DNA of 64,000 nucleotides from a phage. Below, one piece after another: positions 56,397 to 63,600 of this stretch. The notes beneath the pieces are model-generated. The model was not told where the DNA came from, made no database searches, and saw nothing but the letters and a program-made list of their open reading frames with translations. The DNA lies in assembly GCA_017822615.1 (NCBI GenBank), contig GCA_017822615.1_4530.1; one strand, written 5' to 3'. Both the position numbers and the translations under genes were made by a program. The first letter of the stretch is position 1, and each line of letters begins with the position of its first letter.

Positions 56397-56608
56397 GCTG
56401 TACGCTCGACAATAATAATAGTTTGCGGGATCTCGTTTTCTACTACTAACAAGGCTTTTTTCTGTGTGATAGATATTTTAACACGTTGTAAAGTAGCGGT
56501 GAAATCTTTCATTTCATTATGCGCGGACTTCGTGCAATGCCAGATCTCAGGCTTACCAACTTGTAAGCCGCGTAAAAATTCCGTTTTGCCTGTTTTGTTC
56601 GTGATCAT
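56393..56608 (-). CDS. hypothetical early protein
   Basis: ATG at 56608 after aaggtga; track GTG start 56617. Confidence 0.55.
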   Translation of the reverse strand: MITNKTGKTEFLRGLQVGKPEIWHCTKSAHNEMKDFTATLQRVKISITQKKALLVVENEIPQTIIIVERTA

Positions 56609-56618
56609 TTGTTTCACC

Positions 56619-56723
56619 TTAACCGATACCGTGGGAAGATAGGATCATGTTAGCCATAGTTGCAACCACTCCAACCGATAACGCCAGGCCCACTATTACA
56701 ACCGTGAAAATTTTCTCTAACAT
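56619..56723 (-). CDS. small membrane peptide (34 aa)
   Basis: Reverse-strand ATG after gagggtag; hydrophobic MLEKIFTVVIVGLALSVGVVA; not in track. Confidence 0.4.
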   Translation of the reverse strand: MLEKIFTVVIVGLALSVGVVATMANMILSSHGIG

Positions 56724-56741
56724 GATTCTACCCTCATTAAT

Positions 56742-56803
56742 GGGCGTTGCACCATTGCCCCGCCCTACGAAATACATTCTATCAGATAACAAATTATCGT
56801 CAA
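56742..56803 (-). promoter_or_regulatory. early promoter + 5' GC-hairpin cassette
   Basis: Reverse strand TTGACG (56798-56803), 16 nt, TAGAAT (56776-56781), TAGGGCGG, hairpin region 56742-56765. Confidence 0.55.
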
Positions 56804-56946
56804 GATTTATTTTTTACTTCCCAAACGGAAAATTCACTGCCTATCGGGATCATTCTTTTAATCTTGTTTGCTGCTGCTACCAGATCCACGGCTTGCACTG
56901 TAATAATATAACCAATTGTCGGGGCTGTTGCGTTGAAAGTTTTCAT
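56800..56946 (-). CDS. small hypothetical protein (48 aa)
   Basis: Reverse-strand ATG after aaggataat; stop overlaps the next -35; not in track. Confidence 0.4.
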   Translation of the reverse strand: MKTFNATAPTIGYIITVQAVDLVAAANKIKRMIPIGSEFSVWEVKNKS

Positions 56947-56990
56947 TATATTATCCTTTAATACAGGCGGGATTAATCCCGCCTTATTAA

Positions 56991-57161
56991 TTACTCTTCA
57001 TCGTCGCCGTTATAGTATTCAATGCCGTTTTCATCGGTTACAGTGATGTTAACGCCACCGATAGCGACACGATCACGGGCAAACGTCATAGCTTCATTTA
57101 AATCTTCGGACCAAAAAATATTGTGACCTTTGCGCGATACATAAAACATAGTCGGGGTCAT
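56991..57161 (-). CDS. hypothetical early protein
   Basis: ATG at 57161 (MTPTMFYV...); track TTG start 57245 lies inside the promoter. Confidence 0.55.
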   Translation of the reverse strand: MTPTMFYVSRKGHNIFWSEDLNEAMTFARDRVAIGGVNITVTDENGIEYYNGDDEE

Positions 57162-57184
57162 GATTTGTTTCTCTTCTGTTTTGA

Positions 57185-57245
57185 GCGGTGGACCATTCCG
57201 CCGCCCTATGTGATAAACTTTACTACGTTGTTTGCCTACTGTCAA
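57185..57245 (-). promoter_or_regulatory. early promoter + 5' GC-hairpin cassette
   Basis: Reverse strand TTGACA (57240-57245), 17 nt, TAAAGT (57217-57222), TAGGGCGG, hairpin 57185-57204 with one mismatch. Confidence 0.6.
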
Positions 57246-57246
57246 A

Positions 57247-57531
57247 TTATTTTTTAATGTTTTGCCCTACAAAATTGATCACTTCCTTAAGCTGTTTCTC
57301 TGTCATGATCGTACCTGGTAATTCCTCTTTAATTTCTTCCGGTAAATAAATATTACCGCGCCAGGTTAACAAACAACCGTTTTGATCTTCGCAGATAGAA
57401 TAAGAGAAGATCCACTCATTATCATTTTCAAGCTCCCAAAAACACAAAAAGTCTTCTTTCCCTAAGTTTTCAACGGTTAAGCATAATCCGCGACGTGCTG
57501 CATAATTAGTTAGGCTTTTTGTGATTTTCAT
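57247..57531 (-). CDS. hypothetical early protein
   Basis: ORF track. Confidence 0.6.
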   Translation of the reverse strand: MKITKSLTNYAARRGLCLTVENLGKEDFLCFWELENDNEWIFSYSICEDQNGCLLTWRGNIYLPEEIKEELPGTIMTEKQLKEVINFVGQNIKK

Positions 57532-57552
57532 GATTTTTCTCTCTTCTTGTGA

Positions 57553-57607
57553 GCGGCATCATTGCCGCCCTACGCAATAACTATAACACAATATAAAACC
57601 GGATCAA
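57553..57607 (-). promoter_or_regulatory. early promoter + 5' GC-hairpin cassette
   Basis: Reverse strand TTGATC (57602-57607), 16 nt, TATAGT (57580-57585), hairpin gcggca-tcat-tgccgc 57553-57568. Confidence 0.6.
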
Positions 57608-57816
57608 CCTTTATTTTTCCACGGTGTCAGCTTGTTAATCATTGGTGATAAATAACGTTTACCAACGTAAAACAGTACGCCAACTGATGCAACGGCGGCG
57701 ATCTCATGTAAGGAGGAAGGCCGCGCGGTGTCATAATAGGTACCAATAATAGCAATAGCGGCGACGGCGGTGATGTCAATAATGATTTTTTCTTGTTTTG
57801 CTGTGATAGTGGTCAT
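57604..57816 (-). CDS. small membrane protein
   Basis: Hydrophobic ITAVAAIAIIGTYY and AAVASVGVLFYV. Confidence 0.55.
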   Translation of the reverse strand: MTTITAKQEKIIIDITAVAAIAIIGTYYDTARPSSLHEIAAVASVGVLFYVGKRYLSPMINKLTPWKNKG

Positions 57817-57838
57817 AATGTTTTCTCTTCTGTGTGGT

Positions 57839-57894
57839 CGGGAACTATTCCCGCCCTATGTGATACATCTTAGTAAATCTGGTTATAATGTCAA
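57839..57894 (-). promoter_or_regulatory. early promoter + 5' GC-hairpin cassette
   Basis: Reverse strand TTGACA (57889-57894), 16 nt, TAAGAT (57867-57872), hairpin cgggaa-cta-ttcccg 57839-57853. Confidence 0.65.
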
Positions 57895-57900
57895 CCATTT

Positions 57901-58086
57901 TTAAAGATATTTTATACTGATAACATTTTCAGGTTTTACCTTATTATGCTGTGCATCTATATAGATTAAACCATCCTCAGAAAAGCCCAGGATCACGCCC
58001 TGCGCAATAAAACCGTATTGGTCACGGTAACGCACGGCTATTTTTAATGTTGCATTGTAGGCTGTTTTAAGCTCATTTAAAGTCAT
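57901..58086 (-). CDS. hypothetical early protein
   Basis: ORF track; RBS gaggataaa on reverse strand. Confidence 0.55.
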   Translation of the reverse strand: MTLNELKTAYNATLKIAVRYRDQYGFIAQGVILGFSEDGLIYIDAQHNKVKPENVISIKYL

Positions 58087-58105
58087 TTGTGTTTATCCTC
58101 TAGAT

Positions 58106-58136
58106 ATAAAAAGAAAGGGCGCTTGATGCGCCCTTG
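58106..58136 (-). terminator. rho-independent terminator (aagggcgc family)
   Basis: aagggcgc-ttgat-gcgccctt; reverse strand followed by tttcttttta. Confidence 0.65.
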
Positions 58137-58141
58137 TTATG

Positions 58142-58287
58142 TTAATCCTCTAAATCCATCCAATTATATTTATCACTCTTCCCGCGCTTTGTTTTATTGC
58201 GTTTATCACCTTTGCGGATCACTTCTTCATTCCATGCCTTGCGGATCTTGGAAGATTGAATTTTTTCTGCGCGATTAGATGTATTCA
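58142..58287 (-). CDS. small basic early protein
   Basis: ATG at 58287 (MNTSNRAEK...) after aagaggaaac; track start 58327 lies inside the hairpin element. Confidence 0.5.
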
Positions 58288-58308
58288 TTTTGTTTCCTCT
58301 TTGTATGA

Positions 58309-58361
58309 GCGGCATCATTGCCGCCATGTGGTTAATCTAAACTATTTTGTAAAATTGTCAA
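58309..58361 (-). promoter_or_regulatory. early promoter + 5' GC-hairpin cassette
   Basis: Reverse strand TTGACA (58356-58361), 16 nt, TAGATT (58334-58339), hairpin gcggca-tcat-tgccgc 58309-58324. Confidence 0.6.
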
Positions 58362-58367
58362 GGTTTA

Positions 58368-58721
58368 TCATTCATAAGAGCAAGCAAGGATCACGCCTGC
58401 AATATAAAGCCAATAATTTTCCCTTTCTCGTTGGATTTTATCATCGTTGCTATTCTCTTTAATGTATCCCCAGGATGTTAACAAGCGATCAATTTCCCAA
58501 TATTCGAAAGCGATATTGATATCTGATGGCAAACCTTGTAACCATGATGCAAGTGCTTTAACAATACTATAATTAAAACGTGATTGGTTATCAGGGTACC
58601 AGTACTCGGAATTAAAACGGCGCATCAATTCCGCGATCTTCTCTTTTTCGGTTGTAATACCGTAATCATTAAAATCGATAGCGGCAAGTATGTACTCTTT
58701 AATTGCATTTTGTGCTTTCAT
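58368..58721 (-). CDS. hypothetical early protein
   Basis: ORF track. Confidence 0.6.
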   Translation of the reverse strand: MKAQNAIKEYILAAIDFNDYGITTEKEKIAELMRRFNSEYWYPDNQSRFNYSIVKALASWLQGLPSDINIAFEYWEIDRLLTSWGYIKENSNDDKIQRERENYWLYIAGVILACSYE

Positions 58722-58740
58722 GGTCTTTCTCTCTTTTTGA

Positions 58741-58797
58741 GCGGGAACTATTCCCGCCCTACGTGTAACAGTTTACTAAAAATTAAATCGGTGTCAA
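58741..58797 (-). promoter_or_regulatory. early promoter + 5' GC-hairpin cassette
   Basis: Reverse strand TTGACA (58792-58797), 16 nt, TAAACT (58770-58775), hairpin gcgggaa-cta-ttcccgc 58741-58757. Confidence 0.65.
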
Positions 58798-58800
58798 GCT

Positions 58801-59022
58801 TTATTTTGTTACTACCATTTGGTACCCTGTTTCAATGTTAGTAAATACTGTTATTCCGTCCTGGCGTTCACTCATTAGCATACAAGGCGCTAACATCCTT
58901 TCTACTGCCTTGCACTCATTGTAAACGGCGGTTATGTCTCCTGCGGCCTTGTCTTCTGTGGTGAATGTATCGTTTATGTAAACCTGACCAGCGACAACGG
59001 CGACAATAGCGAAAGTGATCAT
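58801..59022 (-). CDS. hypothetical early protein (MITFA N-terminus)
   Basis: ORF track; first 15 nt of the CDS identical to 59097..59264. Confidence 0.55.
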   Translation of the reverse strand: MITFAIVAVVAGQVYINDTFTTEDKAAGDITAVYNECKAVERMLAPCMLMSERQDGITVFTNIETGYQMVVTK

Positions 59023-59055
59023 GATGTTTCCTTGTTAGTAGTGGTTTCTCTTCTC

Positions 59056-59093
59056 TATAGCGCCCATTATAAGGCGCTATAACGAAAAGTCAA
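59056..59093 (-). promoter_or_regulatory. promoter with palindrome spanning the -10
   Basis: Reverse strand TTGACT (59088-59093), 16 nt, TATAAT (59066-59071) inside inverted repeat tatagcgcc...ggcgctata 59056-59081. Confidence 0.5.
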
Positions 59094-59096
59094 CGA

Positions 59097-59264
59097 TTAT
59101 TTTTTAAGGCTTAAAGTACCTAACTTGTCAGCATGACGCAGACCAGGGAAGATCCATTTTCCTGATTCATCTTTTACAGGGGCTTTAAGCGTAGCGCCCA
59201 GGTTGGCGGCGTTAACTTTACGGGCAACGTTGCGAGCGGCTTCACGGGTAGCGAAAGTGATCAT
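59097..59264 (-). CDS. small early protein (55 aa, MITFA N-terminus)
   Basis: Reverse-strand ATG with the same initiation region as 58801..59022; not in track. Confidence 0.45.
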   Translation of the reverse strand: MITFATREAARNVARKVNAANLGATLKAPVKDESGKWIFPGLRHADKLGTLSLKK

Positions 59265-59288
59265 GATGTTTTCCTCTTCTCTTTGTTA

Positions 59289-59350
59289 GGCGGTGGACCA
59301 TTCCGCCGCCTTGATGTAATACAGTTTACTTTATTTTATTAAGATTGCAA
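59289..59350 (-). promoter_or_regulatory. early promoter + 5' GC-hairpin cassette
   Basis: Reverse strand TTGCAA (59345-59350), 16 nt, TAAACT (59323-59328), hairpin ggcggtgga-cca-ttccgccgcc 59289-59310. Confidence 0.55.
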
Positions 59351-59356
59351 GCGGTT

Positions 59357-59572
59357 TTATGAAATAATTGTCAAAGTAAAATCATAAGACTGATTTAATT
59401 TATATTGTACTTTATTGCCGTAGTAGTCACCTTTACGTAAAGATCCTCGAATACCTATTACATCCTTAACGTCTTTTAAATTTTTCACGCCTGTAATGTC
59501 TTTATTGAAATACTCGTCATCTGAAAATAAAACTTGACTTGCATTTTTTAACAGTGTGCGGATATTAGCCAT
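59357..59572 (-). CDS. hypothetical early protein
   Basis: ATG at 59572 (MANIRTLL...); track start 59620 lies inside the hairpin element. Confidence 0.5.
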   Translation of the reverse strand: MANIRTLLKNASQVLFSDDEYFNKDITGVKNLKDVKDVIGIRGSLRKGDYYGNKVQYKLNQSYDFTLTIIS

Positions 59573-59595
59573 TTTGATAATCCCTCTTACTATGA

Positions 59596-59651
59596 GCGGC
59601 ACTATTGCCGCCCTATGCATTACATTTTACTGATTTTAGTTATCTTGTCAA
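59596..59651 (-). promoter_or_regulatory. early promoter + 5' GC-hairpin cassette
   Basis: Reverse strand TTGACA (59646-59651), 16 nt, TAAAAT (59624-59629), hairpin gcggca-ctat-tgccgc 59596-59611. Confidence 0.65.
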
Positions 59652-59658
59652 TATTATT

Positions 59659-59886
59659 TTAGTTTAATTCATCCAGGCATAACAGGCGATCAACGTTGAG
59701 ATCGGTTAGGCTGATGGTCGGCACCTGGTAGGATTCGATGTACTCGACGCTTGCATATTCTCCAAAATTAGCAATAGCCCACTTATTCAAGATCTCACAT
59801 ACATCATTAATCTTTTTGTTTGTTACAACTGCTACAACCTGGGAATAGCCAACGGTGCCGGATACGCGAACAATATTGATAGCCAT
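59659..59886 (-). CDS. hypothetical early protein
   Basis: ORF track. Confidence 0.6.
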   Translation of the reverse strand: MAINIVRVSGTVGYSQVVAVVTNKKINDVCEILNKWAIANFGEYASVEYIESYQVPTISLTDLNVDRLLCLDELN

Positions 59887-59909
59887 AATCTTTAATCTCT
59901 CTGTTGTGA

Positions 59910-59968
59910 GCGGGAAACCATTTCCCGCCCTATGTGATACATCTTACACTAATTTTAAACGTTGTCAA
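59910..59968 (-). promoter_or_regulatory. early promoter + 5' GC-hairpin cassette
   Basis: Reverse strand TTGACA (59963-59968), 16 nt, TAAGAT (59941-59946), hairpin gcgggaaa-cca-tttcccgc 59910-59928. Confidence 0.65.
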
Positions 59969-59977
59969 CTGTTTTTA

Positions 59978-60217
59978 TTACATTCCAACCATCGCGGCAC
60001 GGATTGCAGTTTTACTATACTTGAAACCGTCTGGAGTTTTATCTTGTCCAGTTTGTTCCAGGAATAACATCATATCACGGGCAGCATCATTACGATTAGT
60101 ATTAGCGGCGATAAATTCTTTCGCCAACCGATATAATGATTCGTCGTTATTAATCCAAAGGCTTACATTCCAATGAGTTTTATTTTTGTGACCTAAGAAC
60201 ATTTTTGATTTAGCCAT
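59978..60217 (-). CDS. hypothetical early protein
   Basis: ORF track. Confidence 0.6.
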   Translation of the reverse strand: MAKSKMFLGHKNKTHWNVSLWINNDESLYRLAKEFIAANTNRNDAARDMMLFLEQTGQDKTPDGFKYSKTAIRAAMVGM

Positions 60218-60241
60218 GATGTTAATCTCTTTTTCAGTGAG

Positions 60242-60300
60242 GCGGGAAGTGTTCCCGCTCTCTATGTAATACAGTTTACTCTTTTTATTCGTGCTGTCAA
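60242..60300 (-). promoter_or_regulatory. early promoter + 5' GC-hairpin cassette
   Basis: Reverse strand TTGACA (60295-60300), 16 nt, TAAACT (60273-60278), hairpin gcgggaa-gtg-ttcccgc 60242-60258. Confidence 0.65.
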
Positions 60301-60306
60301 TGCTTT

Positions 60307-60672
60307 TTATAAATCTTTTTTACGTTTAACATCGCTTGCATGACTGTATACAGTGATCCCATTGTCACGGCAAAAACGGGAAAGATACGCGCCGCGTGAA
60401 AACTCTTTACCTTCCATATTAATAACCTTGCTAAATTCTTCCAGGGCGACGGTATCAAAATGATCACCATAACCATATTGAAACGGAACGTTAACCACCT
60501 CGATCAGTTTACCGCCGATCTCAACGTCAACCATTAAAGAAAAATATGTGTTACCGTAGGACTGTTGAAACCAACGACGGGCGCTAATATGCACCGCCTC
60601 AATGCTGGATAATTCAATTTTAGCCGTGTCAGCCAGGGTAGCATAAGAGGAAACATTGATATTAATAGCCAT
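60307..60672 (-). CDS. hypothetical early protein
   Basis: ORF track. Confidence 0.6.
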   Translation of the reverse strand: MAININVSSYATLADTAKIELSSIEAVHISARRWFQQSYGNTYFSLMVDVEIGGKLIEVVNVPFQYGYGDHFDTVALEEFSKVINMEGKEFSRGAYLSRFCRDNGITVYSHASDVKRKKDL

Positions 60673-60698
60673 GATATTACTCTCTTTTTTTGGTTAGT

Positions 60699-60750
60699 GG
60701 GAAGTATTCCCGATAAAAGTTATTATGCTTATACTATCACTCATTGTCAA
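60699..60750 (-). promoter_or_regulatory. early promoter + 5' GC-hairpin cassette (short hairpin)
   Basis: Reverse strand TTGACA (60745-60750); hairpin gggaa-gta-ttccc 60699-60711. Confidence 0.55.
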
Positions 60751-60769
60751 TAGTATAAGATTAAAACTT

Positions 60770-60949
60770 TTAACGATAATCGTTATAGGCTTTATTGACC
60801 TGGCGAATGTAACATTCGAAAGCAAGATCAATGTATTCGTATTCACGCACATAATCACCATAGGTCACTACATACATTTTTAAAGTTTCCTCATAAGCCA
60901 GGAGGATCGAATCTAAACCTATAATCTCAGTTTTTGCAATGATAGTCAT
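60770..60949 (-). CDS. small early protein (59 aa)
   Basis: Reverse-strand ATG; fills the gap between cassettes; not in track. Confidence 0.45.
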   Translation of the reverse strand: MTIIAKTEIIGLDSILLAYEETLKMYVVTYGDYVREYEYIDLAFECYIRQVNKAYNDYR

Positions 60950-60970
60950 GATGTTAACCTTTTATTGTTG

Positions 60971-61026
60971 GCGGCACCATTGCCGCCCTACGTGATAAAC
61001 TACACCAGAATTTTAAACAGTGTCAA
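60971..61026 (-). promoter_or_regulatory. early promoter + 5' GC-hairpin cassette
   Basis: Reverse strand TTGACA (61021-61026); hairpin gcggca-ccat-tgccgc 60971-60986, then TAGGGCGG. Confidence 0.6.
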
Positions 61027-61031
61027 CCGTT

Positions 61032-61394
61032 TTATTCGTAAATTTTACCGCTTTCGGCCCATACCATAACGCGGCGCATACTATCCCAAGTGTTCTGATC
61101 CAGGTTTAAGCCGTGCAACTCTTCGGTACTTCCCAGACCAGGTACCGCCTTGTTGTAAGTAGCATATAAGCGCCCTTGATACTCATACGCCAGGATGAGA
61201 TCCGTTTGAATCATCTTTTTAAGCATAGCATTAAGCATCATGTTAGCGGCATGTTGATCACGTTTTAGCGGTAACATGTCAATAAGGGCGCGATAAGCTG
61301 AAACATGAATATCAACCGTTTCACGTGGTAAATTTTTCATATCATCGCGGAAGGATACCAGGTTTAACATGATAGTATTGATTTGCTTGCTCAT
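61032..61394 (-). CDS. hypothetical early protein
   Basis: ORF track. Confidence 0.6.
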   Translation of the reverse strand: MSKQINTIMLNLVSFRDDMKNLPRETVDIHVSAYRALIDMLPLKRDQHAANMMLNAMLKKMIQTDLILAYEYQGRLYATYNKAVPGLGSTEELHGLNLDQNTWDSMRRVMVWAESGKIYE

Positions 61395-61416
61395 TGTGTT
61401 ACCCTTTTTTGTTTTG

Positions 61417-61476
61417 GCGGGGAAGTATTCCGCCGCCCTATGTGATACATCTTATCAGATTAAAAAACGTTGTCAA
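61417..61476 (-). promoter_or_regulatory. early promoter + 5' GC-hairpin cassette
   Basis: Reverse strand TTGACA (61471-61476), 16 nt, TAAGAT (61449-61454); imperfect hairpin 61417-61436. Confidence 0.6.
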
Positions 61477-61484
61477 GAATATTT

Positions 61485-61580
61485 TTAGAAAATAATAGCC
61501 GCTACTACAATCCAAAATGGAACGGCTAGAATGATAGCGTTAATCGTTCCAACCGTCAAGCTATTTTCTTTATTAATCAT
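61485..61580 (-). CDS. small membrane peptide (31 aa)
   Basis: Reverse-strand ATG; hydrophobic GTINAIILAVPFWIVVAAIIF; not in track. Confidence 0.35.
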   Translation of the reverse strand: MINKENSLTVGTINAIILAVPFWIVVAAIIF

Positions 61581-61609
61581 TGTAAGCCTCTTGCATAATT
61601 TCACTATGA

Positions 61610-61666
61610 GCGGCACCATTGCCGCCCTACGTGGTAAATATTATGCCAGTGGCGGCGATATGTCAA
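61610..61666 (-). promoter_or_regulatory. early promoter + 5' GC-hairpin cassette
   Basis: Reverse strand TTGACA (61661-61666), 17 nt, TAATAT (61638-61643), hairpin gcggca-ccat-tgccgc 61610-61625. Confidence 0.65.
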
Positions 61667-62220
61667 AGACTATTTTCAAAGTTTTCTAGTGCGATCCTTT
61701 TTTCTTCCTCTGTCGGCTGATAATCAGGAAAAGCATCAACACACAACAACGGCGGGATCTCTTCGTACTCTTCCTCTTCCGTTGTCTCCTCGTCTTCCTC
61801 CTGGGCTATGGCTGCAATTTTGGCTAATTTTCTTTCAGCTTGAATCAATTTACCATCAAGTACGTTTTTTGCCATGTTGTAAGCGGTCCAGGTGATGCGC
61901 TTACTTTCCAGGGCCTGATCGAGCGCCGCTATCTTGCTGGGGTATTCATCCAGGACACGAAAAGCCGGATCAACTTTGTACAAAGGATTATCTTTCGCGC
62001 CGTCGCTCGCATCTTCCGCACTGGATAAATCAGCGTTACCATTTGCCAGCCAGCCAGGGCGCACATAACGCGCTTTTACGTTGCCGTTACTACGTGCTAA
62101 TCTGTTACCTATTTGCTCACCGCTATATCCCGTGGATTCATCGATAAGATGATCGGGAATGATGCGCGGATCATCTGCTTCATGTTTTACCCAAGACTGG
62201 ATCACATATTCGCGGCCCAT
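61663..62220 (-). CDS. hypothetical early protein with acidic C-terminus
   Basis: ATG at 62220 (MGREYV...); track GTG start 62229 overlaps the upstream gene. Confidence 0.6.
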   Translation of the reverse strand: MGREYVIQSWVKHEADDPRIIPDHLIDESTGYSGEQIGNRLARSNGNVKARYVRPGWLANGNADLSSAEDASDGAKDNPLYKVDPAFRVLDEYPSKIAALDQALESKRITWTAYNMAKNVLDGKLIQAERKLAKIAAIAQEEDEETTEEEEYEEIPPLLCVDAFPDYQPTEEEKRIALENFENSL

Positions 62221-62221
62221 A

Positions 62222-62479
62222 TTAACCACCTTTTTTCAACAATTGGCATACTTTAAAAAGACTTGCTGAATCCTTGCAAGGGTAGAAAGATGTACGATAA
62301 TCACGTACGCCAACCTTGCGGATCTCGATGTTCTCGCATGTTGTTTGATCAAAGATATTTATTTCATCACGCCCCCTTATATAAACATAGTGGGGATGTA
62401 TTAACGCATATTTTGCTAATCTGTAAAAAGCGTTATCTTTGAACGCGATCACGTGACCTTTTAATTTGATGTAAAACAT
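62222..62479 (-). CDS. hypothetical early protein
   Basis: ORF track. Confidence 0.6.
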   Translation of the reverse strand: MFYIKLKGHVIAFKDNAFYRLAKYALIHPHYVYIRGRDEINIFDQTTCENIEIRKVGVRDYRTSFYPCKDSASLFKVCQLLKKGG

Positions 62480-62497
62480 TCTACCACCTTACAAATA

Positions 62498-62552
62498 GCG
62501 GGAACTATTCCCGCTTTATGTAACATATTAACAAATTATTCGTTAATGTCAA
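62498..62552 (-). promoter_or_regulatory. early promoter + 5' GC-hairpin cassette
   Basis: Reverse strand TTGACA (62547-62552), 16 nt, TAATAT (62525-62530), hairpin gcgggaa-cta-ttcccgc 62498-62514. Confidence 0.65.
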
Positions 62553-62555
62553 GCC

Positions 62556-62828
62556 TTAAAGCAAAAACGCTACATCTTGCGCTTTTAGTGTAGTATCAAC
62601 CATTTTCGGGCTTTTATAATCAACAAAGCGCGCGGTTTTTTCAATAGCGAAACCGAGATAATCTTGCTTGTTGAAATTACATTCTTTCTTAAATGTTTCC
62701 CGTGCAATAGCGATCGCTGCGTCCAGGGATAAACGCCCGTCAATATTGATATTAGCGAAAGATCCGCCACCGCTCATAGGTTTACCAGTTGTGCCAGCTA
62801 CGATCATTGTTGCGCTATATGATGCCAT
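62556..62828 (-). CDS. hypothetical early protein
   Basis: ORF track. Confidence 0.6.
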   Translation of the reverse strand: MASYSATMIVAGTTGKPMSGGGSFANINIDGRLSLDAAIAIARETFKKECNFNKQDYLGFAIEKTARFVDYKSPKMVDTTLKAQDVAFLL

Positions 62829-62853
62829 GATGATAATCTCTCTTCTGTTACGA

Positions 62854-62912
62854 GCGGGAAACCACTTCCCGCCCTATGTGATACATCTTATCAGGTTGTT
62901 GTTTGTTGTCAA
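62854..62912 (-). promoter_or_regulatory. early promoter + 5' GC-hairpin cassette
   Basis: Reverse strand TTGACA (62907-62912), 16 nt, TAAGAT (62885-62890), hairpin gcgggaa-accac-ttcccgc 62854-62872. Confidence 0.65.
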
Positions 62913-62918
62913 TAGTTT

Positions 62919-63117
62919 TTATTCTATTCCTGCGATTTGATTAACGCGCTTGCATTTTGTAGCGTGCTGGTCTTCTGTAATGACTCCCATTTCTAACAGG
63001 GAATCAATGAAAGATAAAACCGTTTCATGATCATCCTGGGGGTGACTGAACTCAGTAAAACCGTTTACCACTACGTTGATTTGTCCAGCTTTCGCCACAA
63101 TGTGCAATGTTGCCATG
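62919..63117 (-). CDS. hypothetical early protein
   Basis: ATG at 63117 (MATLHIV...); track TTG start 63194 lies inside the promoter -35. Confidence 0.55.
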
Positions 63118-63137
63118 ATCTTAACTCCAAATAGTGA

Positions 63138-63194
63138 GCGGCACCATTGCCGCCCTACAAGATGAATACTACGCCGCCGCCTGGTTAACGTCAA
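63138..63194 (-). promoter_or_regulatory. early promoter + 5' GC-hairpin cassette
   Basis: Reverse strand TTGACG (63189-63194), 17 nt, TAGTAT (63166-63171), hairpin gcggca-ccat-tgccgc 63138-63153. Confidence 0.6.
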
Positions 63195-63302
63195 CCATTT
63201 TTCAATCTTTTTTATTTTCTTTTTGCTTGCTATATATAAAGAAAAGGGCTATTATCTTTCTACCGCGCCAACCAGGGCGCACAACAAAGAAAGGGCGATA
63301 TC

Positions 63303-63569
63303 ATGACAAATACTACATTACACCTTATGCACTCATTGGGCTGGCAAGGCGGCACGGTGCACCAGGTAGCAAGCGCAACGGGCTTAAAGGTTGAAACCGT
63401 TCTCAACCTGGGCGATCATAAGGTGGAAGAGATAGATCATTTTGATACGTTCGCAAATGGTTATCTATGGGCTTGCAGTGGCGGCGGGGAAAGCAAGATA
63501 CCACCAGGGGCGCGGGGCGATATGTATTTTTGGTTAGGTGTCCTATCCTGGCAAGAAAACAAAAAATAA
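63303..63569 (+). CDS. hypothetical protein
   Basis: ORF track; RBS aagggcg; only plus-strand gene in this segment. Confidence 0.5.
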   Translation: MTNTTLHLMHSLGWQGGTVHQVASATGLKVETVLNLGDHKVEEIDHFDTFANGYLWACSGGGESKIPPGARGDMYFWLGVLSWQENKK

Positions 63570-63571
63570 TC

Positions 63572-63600
63572 TTGACAAGCCCAGGGATCGGGCTTATACT
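63572..63600 (+). promoter_or_regulatory. sigma70-type promoter with palindromic spacer
   Basis: TTGACA 63572-63577, 17-nt spacer agcccagggatcgggct (dyad agccc/gggct), TATACT 63595-63600. Confidence 0.5.

Noticed and set aside
58142-59620. Long N-terminal extensions of early genes in the track (starts at 58327, 59620, 57245, 63194, 62229)
   Set aside because: The extended starts fall inside the conserved hairpin or the -35 element; a downstream ATG with an RBS at the usual distance from the hairpin was preferred.
53800-63200. The repeated GC hairpins as a CRISPR array or as MITE/REP-type mobile repeats
   Set aside because: The sequences between hairpins are protein-coding genes of variable length (200-600 bp), not short uniform spacers. 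Each hairpin sits at a fixed distance from a promoter and RBS, which fits a regulatory 5'-UTR element. No cas genes are present.
56647-63394. Plus-strand track ORFs in the early block (54439..54663, 54881..55075, 56647..56961, 58087..58462, 58584..58841, 59855..60176, 61689..62028, 62668..62940, 63134..63394)
   Set aside because: Antisense to the promoter-hairpin-gene cassettes; several run through promoter and hairpin sequence; no RBS.
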